From Octopus bimaculoides (lineage: Eukaryota), in contig NC_068991.1 of NCBI RefSeq assembly GCF_001194135.2, positions 65,381,835-65,445,834 of the forward strand: a DNA stretch of 64,000 bases, given 5' to 3'. The notes under the pieces were generated by a model that was not told where the DNA came from, searched no databases, and worked only from the letters and a program-made list of their open reading frames with translations. This document shows, one piece after another, positions 51,378 to 64,000 of the stretch (the first letter of the stretch is position 1; the number at the start of each line of letters is the position of its first letter). Both the position numbers and the translations under genes were made by a program.

Positions 51378-51719
51378 NNNNNNNNNNNNNNNNNNNNNNN
51401 NNNNNNNNNNNNNNNNNNNNNNNNNNNNNNNNNNNNNNNNNNNNNNNNNNNNNNNNNNNNNNNNNNNNNNNNNNNNNNNNNNNNNNNNNNNNNNNNNNNN
51501 NNNNNNNNNNNNNNNNNNNNNNNNNNNNNNNNNNNNNNNNNNNNNNNNNNNNNNNNNNNNNNNNNNNNNNNNNNNNNNNNNNNNNNNNNNNNNNNNNNNN
51601 NNNNNNNNNNNNNNNNNNNNNNNNNNNNNNNNNNNNNNNNNNNNNNNNNNNNNNNNNNNNNNNNNNNNNNNNNNNNNNNNNNNNNNNNNNNNNNNNNNNN
51701 NNNNNNNNNNNNNNNNNNN

Positions 51720-51754
<35 letters not shown>

Positions 51755-51987
51755 GTGTGGAGGGGGTGATGTCCCCTACCCCTGCAGTTCAGCACAAGAG
51801 ACTGATAGAATAAGTACCCGGTTTAAAGAAAAGAAATAAATACTGAGGTCAATTCATTCAAAAATTCTTCAAAGTAGTGCCCCAGCATGGCCACAGATGA
51901 CTGAAAAAAGTAAAAGAATTGCATATCTGATGTTCAGCAATTTCGAATTGGTGGTATTTTAGAGTTGATTGATCTAAAACAAATATA

Positions 51988-52199
51988 CAGGGTGGCCCAA
52001 AAGTAGGTTTACAGTTATTCAATTATCTCTTTCGCATTCATATATTAACAGTTTAGATCTTAATTATTAAAAAATATGAAACCATTATTCTATGCTGATT
52101 TAGTTAATTGTTAGATAGAAATTTAAATGTAATAAAATGTTTTAAAAGAAATTTAAAGTGCCTACGTGATAACTGTAAACTTACTTTTGGGCCACCCTG
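51988..52199. mobile_element. Tc1/mariner MITE (212 bp)
   Basis: TA TSD. TIRs CAGGGTGGCCCAAAAGTAGGTTTACAGTTAT / ATAACTGTAAACTTACTTTTGGGCCACCCTG. Confidence 0.9.
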
Positions 52200-52454
52200 T
52201 AGAATGGTATAACCAGAGTTGATTGAAATTGCTGGGAGTTTTACTGCTGGATACTCCAAGAGTGATGTGGAATATAATTCTGGCATGTTTTTCAAAGTAG
52301 GTCTTCTAAATTTCTTACCAAACAACTGCTTTGTCATCAATCATTATTGAACTACTACTCAAACATCCAATAGTTTGCTTTGTCACACTTTATTCTACCA
52401 GTCATTCTGCTTAATTAATTTACATATTTTACAAGAATATAAAACTGGGCATGA

Positions 52455-52470
52455 TGTGATGGTAAATGAT

Positions 52471-52501
<31 letters not shown>

Positions 52502-52592
52502 GTGGTGGTGATGAGGATGGTGTTGATGATGGTGTTGATGATGGTTAGGATGGTGGTGATGATTATGATGATGACGAAGATGATGATGATGA
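52455..52592. repeat. Degenerate (GAT/GGT)n array
   Basis: Directly visible. Confidence 0.9.
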
Positions 52593-52630
52593 AATTTCAA
52601 AATTTCAGAGCAGGAAAAAAATTTTTTTTA

Positions 52631-52853
52631 ATGCCAGTACCGCCTGACTGGCCTTCATGCCGGTGGCACATAAAAGCACCCACAACACTCTCGGAGTGGT
52701 TGGCGTTAGGAAGGGCATCCAGCTGTAGAAACTCTGCCAAATCAGATTAGAGCCTGGTGTAGCCATCTGGTTTCACCAGTCCTCAGTCAAATCGTCCAAC
52801 CCATGCTAGCATGGAAAGCGGACGTTAAACGACAATGATGATGATGATGATGA
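52631..52853 (+). mobile_element. SINE family B
   Basis: Family B consensus with a (GAT)n tail. Confidence 0.85.
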
Positions 52854-53265
52854 GTAATAAAATAAAAACAACTACAAGAAAAGTAAAAAGAATGGAAAAA
52901 ATTTTAATATCAAAACAAAATCTTCATTTGAAAATTGTCAATAAAATACAATATTATCACAGTATGACATGGTTCACCTTAGAGCTTTGTTACAACAAAT
53001 ATTTTACATAGAATAAACAGTGTCGTTTACATTGTTTCACTACTGCTGTATACTGTTGTTATGACTAATGAAAGTTTTTTTAATAGAGAATTAGAAAATC
53101 TAAGGGGTAGTCCAAAGTATGAAAATTATGTGTCTGTGTGTATATGAATGCATGTGTGTGTGTGTGTGTATGCAATTATTTGTATGTGTATGTGTTATGT
53201 ATGAATACCTATACTTTCTATATTTCCTAAAAATTTCAATAGTGGTTATCATTACTATAATAATT

Positions 53266-53306
<41 letters not shown>

Positions 53307-53435
53307 TGTCTTTTTTTTACTTTCAAATTTTAATACTCCACCCTCTCACTGAAAGGAAGATTTTGTCTATTAATTACATAGATAATCTCTCTATATTAAC
53401 GAAAATGAGACCCTACTGTGTGTGTAAGTGTATAT

Positions 53436-53497
<62 letters not shown>

Positions 53498-53521
53498 TAT
53501 ATATATATATACATATATATA

Positions 53522-53556
<35 letters not shown>

Positions 53557-54812
53557 TATCCCACAGGAATGAAAACATATTTCTTCAAGGAATTAATAAA
53601 AAATTATTTTCTCCTTATTCTCTTCTAAAATTCAATTTTACAGAATTTCCTTTGTTCATATTATTTTGGCTTTTGTCCAAATTCCTTAGCTGTATGGCTT
53701 GCTGGTTTCCAATCTTCATCTCAAAATGAACTTGACTAATATTAGTCATCTGCAAACCACTTACATTGCAAAATCTTTAAACTTTAACCCCAGTAAGTTT
53801 TTTAGTTGAATTCGGTCAAAAATGTTTGGCATTCACAACTTTATATTTGATTTAAAACAAGCGAACAAACCTGACAAATCTATACAGTACTGGACCTCTT
53901 ATTCAGCTTCCAGCTATCTAGAAATACTGTGCAATATCATGCAATATATCCTGTATTGAGTAAACAGAGCCTATTTTTGAAATTGGTCAATTTGCATATG
54001 GTGTAAGAATAGTTTTGTTCTTTACTATTTTAAGTGGATTGATAAAAATTAAACATACCCTCCTTTAGAATTGCATTAATTTGTGCTTGTATCTGCTAAA
54101 TAAAATCATGTTCCTTACTTTTCTTCATTTAATCTTCATCTTATAAAAATTATACTGTACACATGGTATATATAGTATGATGTATTTTAAGTGGAGTAAT
54201 TTATATCAGACAAAACCTGCTTTAGAATTTGAATCTGTTAAGTACAATTTAACTCTTTACTTTTCATAGTTTAATTATATTTTAAGTATATATTTAGACT
54301 GTCTCTAGAAAGCAAGAAAATCCAGAAATCCAGGACTCTTCCAGTTCCAAGCTTGCCAAATAATTGATCCAGTACTGTATACATTAATTTGTTTAGTTTT
54401 ACTACAGGTATAATTATTTTATTGTTACAAAGACAGAAAATATCATATGGATATTTAACTTTCATATAAATTTCATTTCATTAAAATTTTCCCTCAAACA
54501 TTGTAGCAGACAAAACATATCTTGAATTATTAAATGAAACATTGCAATATATTTTTAAATAAATAAATAATTGATGATATATATAAAGAAAAAAAAACAC
54601 ACAAAAATGTACAATGATAATGATAACAGATTTGGATTCAATTAACATATCGATTGTTTTTTGGGGGGGAATTAAAAAACATATATTTTATCATGGCTAA
54701 AATCTCAACATTCTTCAGAGTATAAACTTAGTGACTTAGTAAGAATAAACATTTTTGAAAGTAATAAGGAATTGGCAGCAAGCTAGAAATGAGATTTACT
54801 TTCCTTGTTTAA

Positions 54813-55032
54813 CCCTTTTGTTTCTATATTTTTGTTGAAATACGCTACTTTTGCATCAACTAATTTTGAAATGATGAAGAATTTAGTAAAATAACTGTTA
54901 TTAATAAATTGATGTTTAGAATATAAACTAACAAGAAACATTGATGCACAGTTTTAATTCAGATTACTTTAAGAAAGGAAGATTGTATCATAGAATGAGG
55001 GGATGGTCTCACATGGGTTGGTATCAAAAGGG
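54813..55032. mobile_element. piggyBac-type MITE (220 bp), same family
   Basis: TTAA flanks, ends CCCTTTTG / CAAAAGGG, internal gaagaatttagtaaaataact shared with the family. Confidence 0.75.
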
Positions 55033-55177
55033 TTAAACTGCAACATCTTAACAGACATGTTATAAAGGTTTGCAATATTTCAAGTGAACAAATTACTTTT
55101 CAAAACAAAATTTTTTTTAAAAAAACGTTTTTTTTTTATCAAATTTAATTAAACCCGTCACAGTTGAGAAATTGAAA

Positions 55178-55236
55178 TTATATGAAGTCTGGGAGAGAGA
55201 AATAAACTTTTCCATCCTCCAACGATAGCTCTGGAA
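55178..55236 (-). CDS. Candidate terminal exon (phase-1 reading PELSLEDGKVYFSLPDFI*; the phase-0 reading FQSYRWRMEKFISLSQ... is also open)
   Basis: Strong acceptor atctttttttttgtcag| on the minus strand, followed downstream by a long AT-rich UTR-like tract. Confidence 0.3.
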
Positions 55237-57792
55237 CTGACAAAAAAAAAGATAGGTACTTGTTATGCATTATATAATTCAAATTGTAAAGATGGCAAGG
55301 ACCAAAATTGAGAATATTGGCTGAATTTGTACATATTTCAAATTTCATATTATTTCTAAAAGACTCCAAACATTTGAGAGTAATTAAATTAACTTTATGA
55401 CATAAATGAAATAAACATAGCATCTGTGAAAAAAAAAAATTACATAAGCTTCTTTGTATAATTTATAAGGAATGGAAGTCAGTGTATTTTAGTCAAGTTG
55501 ACTAATAATTTGGGAAAACTAGAGCATTGTAAGGTATGCAAATATTTAAAAGATGGAAGTGGCATAGCTCACAATTCAACATTTTTATTTTTAATGCATC
55601 AAAGTATAAAATGGCCATGTGGAATTATATTATGGTTTATTGAGATCACTTGAGGCCTTGTTTAGTTGAAATGACCTCAGTTAGGATTCAGCTGTTGAAA
55701 ATTCATAATTTATTTAATCAAAATACATGGAATGTTTTAGAAGATAACAAACACAACAAAATTCTAATAAATATTTAACATTGATTTTCTTTGCTTTCTC
55801 ATGCAACATTACTGTTCTGTAATATATATAAAGAGATGTTATAGTTTTAGTTTCATGCAAGTATAGAAAATACAAAATGATGTCAAACTCTTCAAATTTC
55901 AGTGTACAAAGATCCACTGCAAAGTTAGTAAACAAATACAGCTTTATATTTTACAGCTATTAATAAATATATATACACACACACACATACACACAAACAT
56001 TTTCAATGACATTGACTTTCTCAAATTGTGGCCTATGTTGCCTTGAGAAAGTCCATATTTGGTGATAGCTTTAAATGGAAGCTTATTAGAAGTTGCTGTT
56101 GACTCAAGCAATGAACCATTGAGAAAAAGGACAATTTTACAGTTTTTTTCTCTGCCAACCTTTTGTCACTTCACAGCTCATCAAACATTTAAAAGTCAAT
56201 TGCAATTAATCTAATGAACCTGTTTCTATGGGAAGCCAGGTATATCTACATTCACTAATAATATAGTTTTCATTTATATATTGTATTTATTTTAGGTGAG
56301 AAGGAGAGTATTATTTCCTGAAAAATATCACAATTTTTGTTTAAATAAATACATAAAATAATTAAGTTGGATATCAATATATTTTCTATTTAACAAATTA
56401 TCACCACAAATTGCTATTTTAGACAAATTCTTTTTTTTTTTTATCAGAGAATATTATTTAATCAGTATACAATTTAAATCTTTAATCAAGTCACAGGAAT
56501 ATATTCAAAACTGGCAAATATATGTACACAAGTTTATGAAATTTTGTAATGTATAAGTGAATATAAATATGAGATTATATTTCCTGTGTTCAGTATATAT
56601 GATAGCCATGAGAGATAATTTCAATATATATGGAATCTTCCAGCTTTCAACTTCAAAAATAAAATGATACCAGATGCAAATATGACCCTTCTAAATATCT
56701 GTCATTAAGCTGATGGTCTGTAGCCTTCCTTGAAATTTAAATGAGTAAAAATGATTATTTTTCTTAATGGAAATTATAGTGTTATGTCTTAGTTGTAAAT
56801 TAATTCCACAAGAAAGAGAGCCAAGGAAAACATTTCTTTATCTAATCTGAGAAAGTAAATTAATAGATTACTGTTGTTGGTTAAAAATTGCAAAGTTGAG
56901 GACTTTTGTTTTAGCTATTTTAATTGACCTATTTTTCTCAATATGTTGCCTTTCATTTCTTAATTAGCACCATAGGATATTAAACAGGAAGTTTATAATA
57001 AGTCTATTACAAATACTCTATTTTCATTGTAGGCAAAACTTCATTATAGGATAATATTGATTTCAAACACAGGTGACAATGCTTCAAATTTGGGAAAGTA
57101 CAGTGGTACAGTTGATTAATTTGACACCAATACTCGACTGGTGTCAAATTATTGACTCTGGAAGGATGAAAAGTGAAGTCAACCCTGAAACCGGAACTCT
57201 GCTCTGAATGCAAAGCAATGTTTCTAAATACCACAAAGCAAGTTGCTCATTAGCCTATTAATTTTGCCAATTTACCATCTATCAGTATTGGATGATATGA
57301 CATGCCTTCTACATCCAGGCATTATGGTTACTTGGCAGGATTTGGACTCAGAATACAGAGAGTCAGATGTGGAGAGACTGATGCTCTAGCATCTCTGCCA
57401 ATTTGCTGGCTCATCTGTTCATATTGAACCATCCAAGTGGTGCCTGGAAAAAGGGACATTAAATGATGATGATGATGATGATGATGATGCTAATGATAAG
57501 TGAGACTATATTATGCAACTTGTCCTTTCTTTTTTTTTATAACTGTAGACTGTAATTTGGAAGTGACTTAGCTGCTGTTTCTTGCAACCACTTGAAAGCT
57601 TCCTCATTGCCTCGTTGATTAGTCAACTAGACAAGACCAGTGTCAGTTTTAAGTCATAAAAAAGACAGTTATAAATAAGGAATTAAAACAGAGTTTGAGA
57701 CTTGGGTCTTCTTCAACCACTCCTCTCTACTTTATTGTGCTCGTCTCTGTCACTTAAATATTATAAATAACTTCCTTGTATTAATTACTTAC

Positions 57793-57843
57793 AGTACTAA
57801 AGATTGCTTCATCAAGATGAACTATATAGAAGTAATTGTTCAG
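57793..57843 (-). CDS. Candidate 51-bp internal exon (LNNYFYIVHLDEAIFST)
   Basis: Minus strand: acceptor tgtacag| and consensus donor |gtaagt. Only phase 0 is open. Confidence 0.35.
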
Positions 57844-58495
57844 CTGTACATATTTATTATCAGTAATTAAATATATTAGCCATTGAAACACCTCCACCAT
57901 CAATTCTAGGAAATGCCTGCTAAGCTATCATTTAGAAAATTTTTTTCTGCTTTTTTTAAAATAAATTAATAAATCATTTTATTTATAAATAAAATGAATA
58001 TTACTGCAATATTATATTTACACCATCCATTTATTTAACTTCACTGAATTAATCAAAGTGTCAGATGTCGTTATATATTGCTAGTAACAGAATGTTTCCT
58101 TACATTGTTACAGCTTTTGAATGATGCCACCTCATTGGCTAAGCGGGCAGGCCAACATTTTCCCAGAATAGGATTCTAGTCTGTTGTAGGGTTACCCATT
58201 AATAGCTTAGTGGACTGGAGCAATGTGAAATAAAATGTTTTGTTCAAGAATACAAGGCACTGCCAGTCTGGGAATTGAAACCACAATCTTTTGATCCTAG
58301 GTTCAGCACTCTAACCATTTGGCCATATGCCTTATTCAACATATTGATCCATAATTGAAGCACAATGTATGTGTCTAACACAACTATCCTGTAGTTTTCA
58401 ATAAAACTGCTTCAAAATATTTGATGTTTGTTATGAATCAATTGCAATTAAACTAACCACATAATTAAAACAAAATCTGATACTTTAAAAATACT

Positions 58496-58881
58496 TGTGT
58501 TGGCACTCCGTCGGTTACGACGATGAGGGTTCCTGTTGATCCGATCAACGGAACAGCCTGCTCATGAAATTAATGTGCAAGTGGCTGAACACTCCACAGA
58601 CACGTGTACTCTTAACGTAGTTCTCAGGGATAATCAGCGTGACACAGTGTGTGACAAAGCTGACCCTTTGAAATACAGGCACAACAGAAACAGGAAGAAA
58701 GAGTGAGAGAAAGTTGTGGTGGAAGAGTACAGCAGGGTTCACCACCATCCCCTGCCAGAGCCTCGTGGAACTTTAGGTGTTTTCACTCAATAAACACTCA
58801 CAATGCCCGGTCTGGGAATCGAAACCGCGATCCTACGACCGCGAGTCCGCTGCCCTAACCACTGGGCCATTGCGCCTCCAC
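58496..58881 (-). mobile_element. SINE family C, full-length, 14-bp TSD
   Basis: ACTTTAAAAATACT at 58482-58495 and 58882-58895. Confidence 0.9.
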
Positions 58882-59441
58882 ACTTTAAAAATACTGATGC
58901 TGGAGAATGATCATCTGCATTCAAATCTGAAGCTGCGAATTGACAAAGTCTATAAAATCCATAGGAAAAGAAAAATGGTTTATGCTTCAAGACCAAAACA
59001 GTAAATTAAGTACAAGTTGCACTCTTAGAATTTAAAAAAACCATTGTTATTCTCAGCAGATCCTTATACACTTGCAATTTCCCCCCAGGTGCTAAAATAA
59101 ACATCCCCCACCTCCGCTTTGAGAAGATCAACCCATTATTTCTTTCTGTCTTCTTCTGACAATCTGGTTTGTTGAGTTAACTTAGAATATTCTCATCTTA
59201 CATTCACAATGATTGCTTTCTTTTTTTTGTGAATGAGAAAGGGTGACAGAGTAAATGGGTAGGTGTAGCAGTAATATAAGTGGGTTGAACACAGATCTTT
59301 CACCAGCATTTATTATTAATACTACTTAGTTTGGAAAACCATATGGTAACGACATCTCAGCTTAGAAATGTGATCCAAATAAATTAACCAGATGCTACAA
59401 ACACTGTAAAACATAGCTAGTCTAACTCTGTACTATCTCAA

Positions 59442-59442
<1 letters not shown>

Positions 59443-59523
<81 letters not shown>
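59443..59523. repeat. Perfect (TAG)n microsatellite
   Basis: Directly visible. Confidence 0.95.
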
Positions 59524-61492
59524 TTCTATTATAATCTTCATGGAATTGGAGTGGTTATAGTTGGCAACATCTTTCTGATGACCACCCTCTCTCCTTGGGT
59601 CAATATTGCATCACAGGGAATAGCATTTAATTTTCAATGCCCCGGTCCATAATTATGTAAATAAGAAACGGCAAGAGAGAAGTTTACAGTGCTAGTATTT
59701 CATTAGCTGACAGTGCTGAACAAAGTAAGTTTTCCACTGGGTGTATCTAATACAGAAAGAAAAAAGAGAGATAGAGAAAAACAGATAGATAAATAGACAG
59801 ACAGATAGATAGATAGATGGATAGATGGATAGATAGATAGATAGATAGAGGCATTTGTATCTTTTGATACAATTGCATAGGGACAAAGCGTTCAGTGAGG
59901 TCCCAAGAATATAATGTAAAGTGTAGATACCTCATGGACAATGAAGTGGTATATTTTTTTTAAAAGACAGGTACATTACTTAGATGTGAGCAAAATCTTT
60001 CTTTGGTTAGGACAATAGTCTACTGCAGGTGACATTCTCAGATAATATGGTACCTATTCCTCACATCTAGGGGAAGTGAGCCATTGTAGAATTCAGTGTA
60101 CTACACCATACCATCACATATACACAACCGAAGTGCCTGAAGAGAACTTGAACTCAATACCATTGTGACGGTGGCAACACAATATCATAGCTAATCTACT
60201 TGACTATTTCACTTGGTAACAACTTTGTAGTTTACGAAACTTAAGGTTACGTATATGACCACAGTAACAGATGAGAGATGAGAGTCTGCAAGCAGAAGAA
60301 TATCATGGTATGGAATGTGATAAGATGCTTTTGATGAATGCTTACTCTCAGAATGTTTCTGCAGTAAACATTACAAGAATGCCGGCATAGAAAAGCCCAA
60401 CACATCTCCCTCAGTGCCAGTGCCAAGTAAACAGCTCTTTGGTTAAGGTTTCATCTTTGAGTGAAAAACAAACAATACAAACAGAACTAAATGTAGTAAC
60501 AAACAAAATCAAAGTCTAACAGTTGAGGGTGTCACCCTTTGGCATTCTGGAATGGAAACAATGGAAATCTTCAAGAGTTTTTTGTTATTTATATTCAGAC
60601 AGAACAAGGAGAGGTGAAGAGATGGAAATCAAACTGATTTCACTGTTTTGTAGAATGTACAGGCCTCTGTGTATGCGAGGTTTTCTGTATCTGTATATAT
60701 ATATGTGTGTGTGTGTGTGTGTGAGTGTGTGTGTGTGTGAGAGAGAGAGAGAATGTGTGTGTGCATGTCTGTGTGAGTGCATGTGTGTGTGATTGTTGAA
60801 CTCAAGAAAAGAAAGCGTGAGAGAGGAAGGGGTGGTGCAGAGGAGAAGTGGAATGGTGTAGAGTTATGGAGGAGGGGGGCAGTAAATAACTAGAATAATA
60901 GAGANNNNNNNNNNNNNNNNNNNNNNNNNNNNNNNNNNNNNNNNNNNNNNNNNNNNNNNNNNNNNNNNNNNNNNNNNNNNNNNNNNNNNNNNNNNNNNNN
61001 NNNNNNNNNNNNNNNNNNNNNNNNNNNNNNNNNNNNNNNNNNNNNNNNNNNNNNNNNNNNNNNNNNNNNNNNNNNNNNNNNNNNNNNNNNNNNNNNNNNN
61101 NNNNNNNNNNNNNNNNNNNNNNNNNNNNNNNNNNNNNNNNNNNNNNNNNNNNNNNNNNNNNNNNNNNNNNNNNNNNNNNNNNNNNNNNNNNNNNNNNNNN
61201 NNNNNNNNNNNNNNNNNNNNNNNNNNNNNNNNNNNNNNNNNNNNNNNNNNNNNNNNNNNNNNNNNNNNNNNNNNNNNNNNNNNNNNNNNNNNNNNNNNNN
61301 NNNNNNNNNNNNNNNNNNNNNNNNNNNNNNNNNNNNNNNNNNNNNNNNNNNNNNNNNNNNNNNNNNNNNNNNNNNNNNNNNNNNNNNNNNNNNNNNNNNN
61401 NNNNNNNNNNNNNNNNNNNNNNNNNNNNNNNNNNNNNNNNNNNNNNNNNNNNNNNNNNNNNNNNNNNNNNNNNNNNNNNNNNNNNNNNNNNN

Positions 61493-61612
61493 TTGAAGAG
61501 CGTAGCTCGAAACGTCAAAGACTTTCCATATTCCAGAGCGTCATACTAATACATCCTTTTGTTATTTACACCACCTGTCCTCGTCTGTTGTTGTTTTTTC
61601 GTACATTCTCCC
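61493..61612 (+). mobile_element. Penelope-like fragment with a hammerhead-like motif truncated by a gap
   Basis: TTGA A GAGC-GTA-GCTC GAAAC GTC AAAG, then sequence homologous to the 38.4 kb copy, ending in (TA)n. Confidence 0.55.
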
Positions 61613-61627
61613 ATATATATATATATA

Positions 61628-61780
61628 TCATCATCATCATCATCGTTTAACGTCCGCTTTCCATGCTAGCATGGGTTGGACGATTTAACTGAGGACTGGT
61701 GCAGCCGGATGGCTACACCAGGCTCCAATCTAATTTGGCAGAGTTTCTACAGCTGGATGCCCTTCCTAACGCCAACCACA
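61628..61780 (-). mobile_element. SINE family B, 3' part
   Basis: Family B consensus. Confidence 0.85.
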
Positions 61781-61877
61781 TATATACATACATATATATA
61801 TATATATATACACACGCATACATACATACATACAGACATCCGCTTGTTATATGTGTTGTAAGTACTCCATAGATTGC

Positions 61878-61908
<31 letters not shown>

Positions 61909-62509
61909 GGTCTGTGTGCATGTGTGTATATGTGATAAAATTTGTCGTCATTTAGTTTATGCTGCTCACTAACCTGTGGATCAATGAGAAGACAGTCACA
62001 GTGAGTCAATATTGTTATTTCACTTAATATTCTGCTAATTAAAAATATATATATAAAAAAAAAAACAAAAAAAAACAGACGTTAATAATTATAGAATTAT
62101 TAGAACGATCATTATATGATCCACAGGCATAATCATTACAGGGAACTACTACACATAGAATAAGGATACTGTATGGATATTTCAGAGTCACGCAAGTTTA
62201 AATTTGAGAAAAATTTCAGTGACATATTTAACAATTTTTTTTCCCAGAATGCTTGTAATTAACAATAATGAGTTATAAAATTAAAAGTTTTCCCTGGTAT
62301 TTTAAATATTAACTTTTTCATTAAGCATATTTACAATGGTTTAGACTGCCAATGTGTTTCAGTTAATTTTGAAAATGAATTCTGTGAAATACTAGCATTT
62401 TCATCATTAATCCAAAGTTTGAAACATAACTTAACATAAAAGTTGTTACATGAAATTAAATTGGAAGGTTTTAATTTTGTTATAAACACTTTGAGATTGG
62501 CAATTTTGT

Positions 62510-63517
62510 TTGATTGTATGCATGCATACATGTATGTATGTATGTATGCATGTATGTATGTATATGTGTATGTACATATGTATGTGCATACGTATGTATG
62601 CAAGTGTGTGTGTATGTATATATGTATGTGTGTATACATATATACACATATTTATGGATATATTTATATAACATATGCATATATACACGTTATACACACA
62701 TATATACATATACAAACATACACACACATATGTACATACATACACACACACATGTAAATGTATACATACACACACACATGTAAATGTATATGCATATATA
62801 GAAATACATATGTGTGTGTGTGTGCATATATAAATGTGTGTGCATGCATATATATATTTATATACATACATACATATATACACATATATAAACTTATTTG
62901 AAACTATATTTGATTATACACNNNNNNNNNNNNNNNNNNNNNNNNNNNNNNNNNNNNNNNNNNNNNNNNNNNNNNNNNNNNNNNNNNNNNNNNNNNNNNN
63001 NNNNNNNNNNNNNNNNNNNNNNNNNNNNNNNNNNNNNNNNNNNNNNNNNNNNNNNNNNNNNNNNNNNNNNNNNNNNNNNNNNNNNNNNNNNNNNNNNNNN
63101 NNNNNNNNNNNNNNNNNNNNNNNNNNNNNNNNNNNNNNNNNNNNNNNNNNNNNNNNNNNNNNNNNNNNNNNNNNNNNNNNNNNNNNNNNNNNNNNNNNNN
63201 NNNNNNNNNNNNNNNNNNNNNNNNNNNNNNNNNNNNNNNNNNNNNNNNNNNNNNNNNNNNNNNNNNNNNNNNNNNNNNNNNNNNNNNNNNNNNNNNNNNN
63301 NNNNNNNNNNNNNNNNNNNNNNNNNNNNNNNNNNNNNNNNNNNNNNNNNNNNNNNNNNNNNNNNNNNNNNNNNNNNNNNNNNNNNNNNNNNNNNNNNNNN
63401 NNNNNNNNNNNNNNNNNNNNNNNNNNNNNNNNNNNNNNNNNNNNNNNNNNNNNNNNNNNNNNNNNNNNNNNNNNNNNNNNNNNNNNNNNNNNNNNNNNNN
63501 NNNNNNNNNNNNNNNNN

Positions 63518-63551
<34 letters not shown>

Positions 63552-63680
63552 ATACATACATATATATATACATATATACACATTCATACATACATACATA
63601 CATAGATACACACATACATATATATATATATACATATATAAATACATACATATATATACATATATATATATGTATACACA
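62510..63680. repeat. Long degenerate TA/CA/TG microsatellite field spanning a gap
   Basis: Directly visible. Confidence 0.9.
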
Positions 63681-63687
63681 TCCACAC

Positions 63688-63889
63688 TTTGTGTATTAAG
63701 GCTACCATTGGTTCCATGTTAAGGAAGCCTTTAGCAATTATCAAGCCAATTACATGGAATATTGGTGTTCACCTCCATTTTGAAAGTTTTAATCCTAAAT
63801 GGAGATGAACACGGATGTTCCATGTGATAGGCTAGATAATTGTTGAGGTATTCACTAACATGAAACCAATGGTAGCCGTAATACACAAA
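63688..63889. mobile_element. Palindromic MITE, superfamily unassigned
   Basis: TIRs TTTGTGTATTAAGGCTACCATTGGTTCCATGTTA / TAACATGAAACCAATGGTAGCCGTAATACACAAA, plus an internal inverted pair GTGTTCACCTCCATTT / AAATGGAGATGAACAC. No clear TSD. Confidence 0.75.
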
Positions 63890-64000
63890 TAAATAATCTT
63901 TATACCCCAATGCAGTGCTAAGCTCTCATTTTCATTGTTAAGATATTTATGTGTGTGCGTGTGTGTGTGTGCATACATGTATATATATATATATATATAT

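Noticed and set aside
56177-56240. Plus-strand segment with a strong acceptor and a GT donor
   Set aside because: Stops in all three frames. It cannot be an internal coding exon, and there is no evidence for a non-coding one.

Overview
AT-rich, microsatellite-dense eukaryotic genomic DNA with nine N gaps (about 2615-2667, 4992-5001, 9574-9901, 14976-15402, 26897-27645, 45175-45265, 51378-51719, 60905-61492, 62922-63517). The repeat content (several tRNA-derived SINE families with internal CA/TA microsatellites, RTE-type tails, TTAGGG repeats) looks like an octopus (cephalopod) draft scaffold; this is inference from recognition, not a database result. The window is mostly transposon debris: many SINE copies, RTE, CR1/Jockey-like and L1/Tx1-like LINE fragments, mariner and maT (DD37D) transposase relics, a probable Academ fragment, and MITEs of the Tc1/mariner, piggyBac, hAT and Mutator types. 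One convincing host ORF is present (38791-39468, minus strand, 225 aa, C-terminal transmembrane helix), plus a few unconfirmed short exon candidates. No rRNA, intact tRNA or CRISPR array was seen, and most ORF-track entries are microsatellite, SINE or gap artefacts. The most notable observations are (1) a 219-bp foldback Mutator-like MITE with a perfect 9-bp TSD whose inverted arms end in telomeric TTAGGG repeats, next to a second TTAGGG-bearing repeat, and (2) three related Penelope-like fragments carrying minimal hammerhead-ribozyme-like motifs with a compensatory stem II change.
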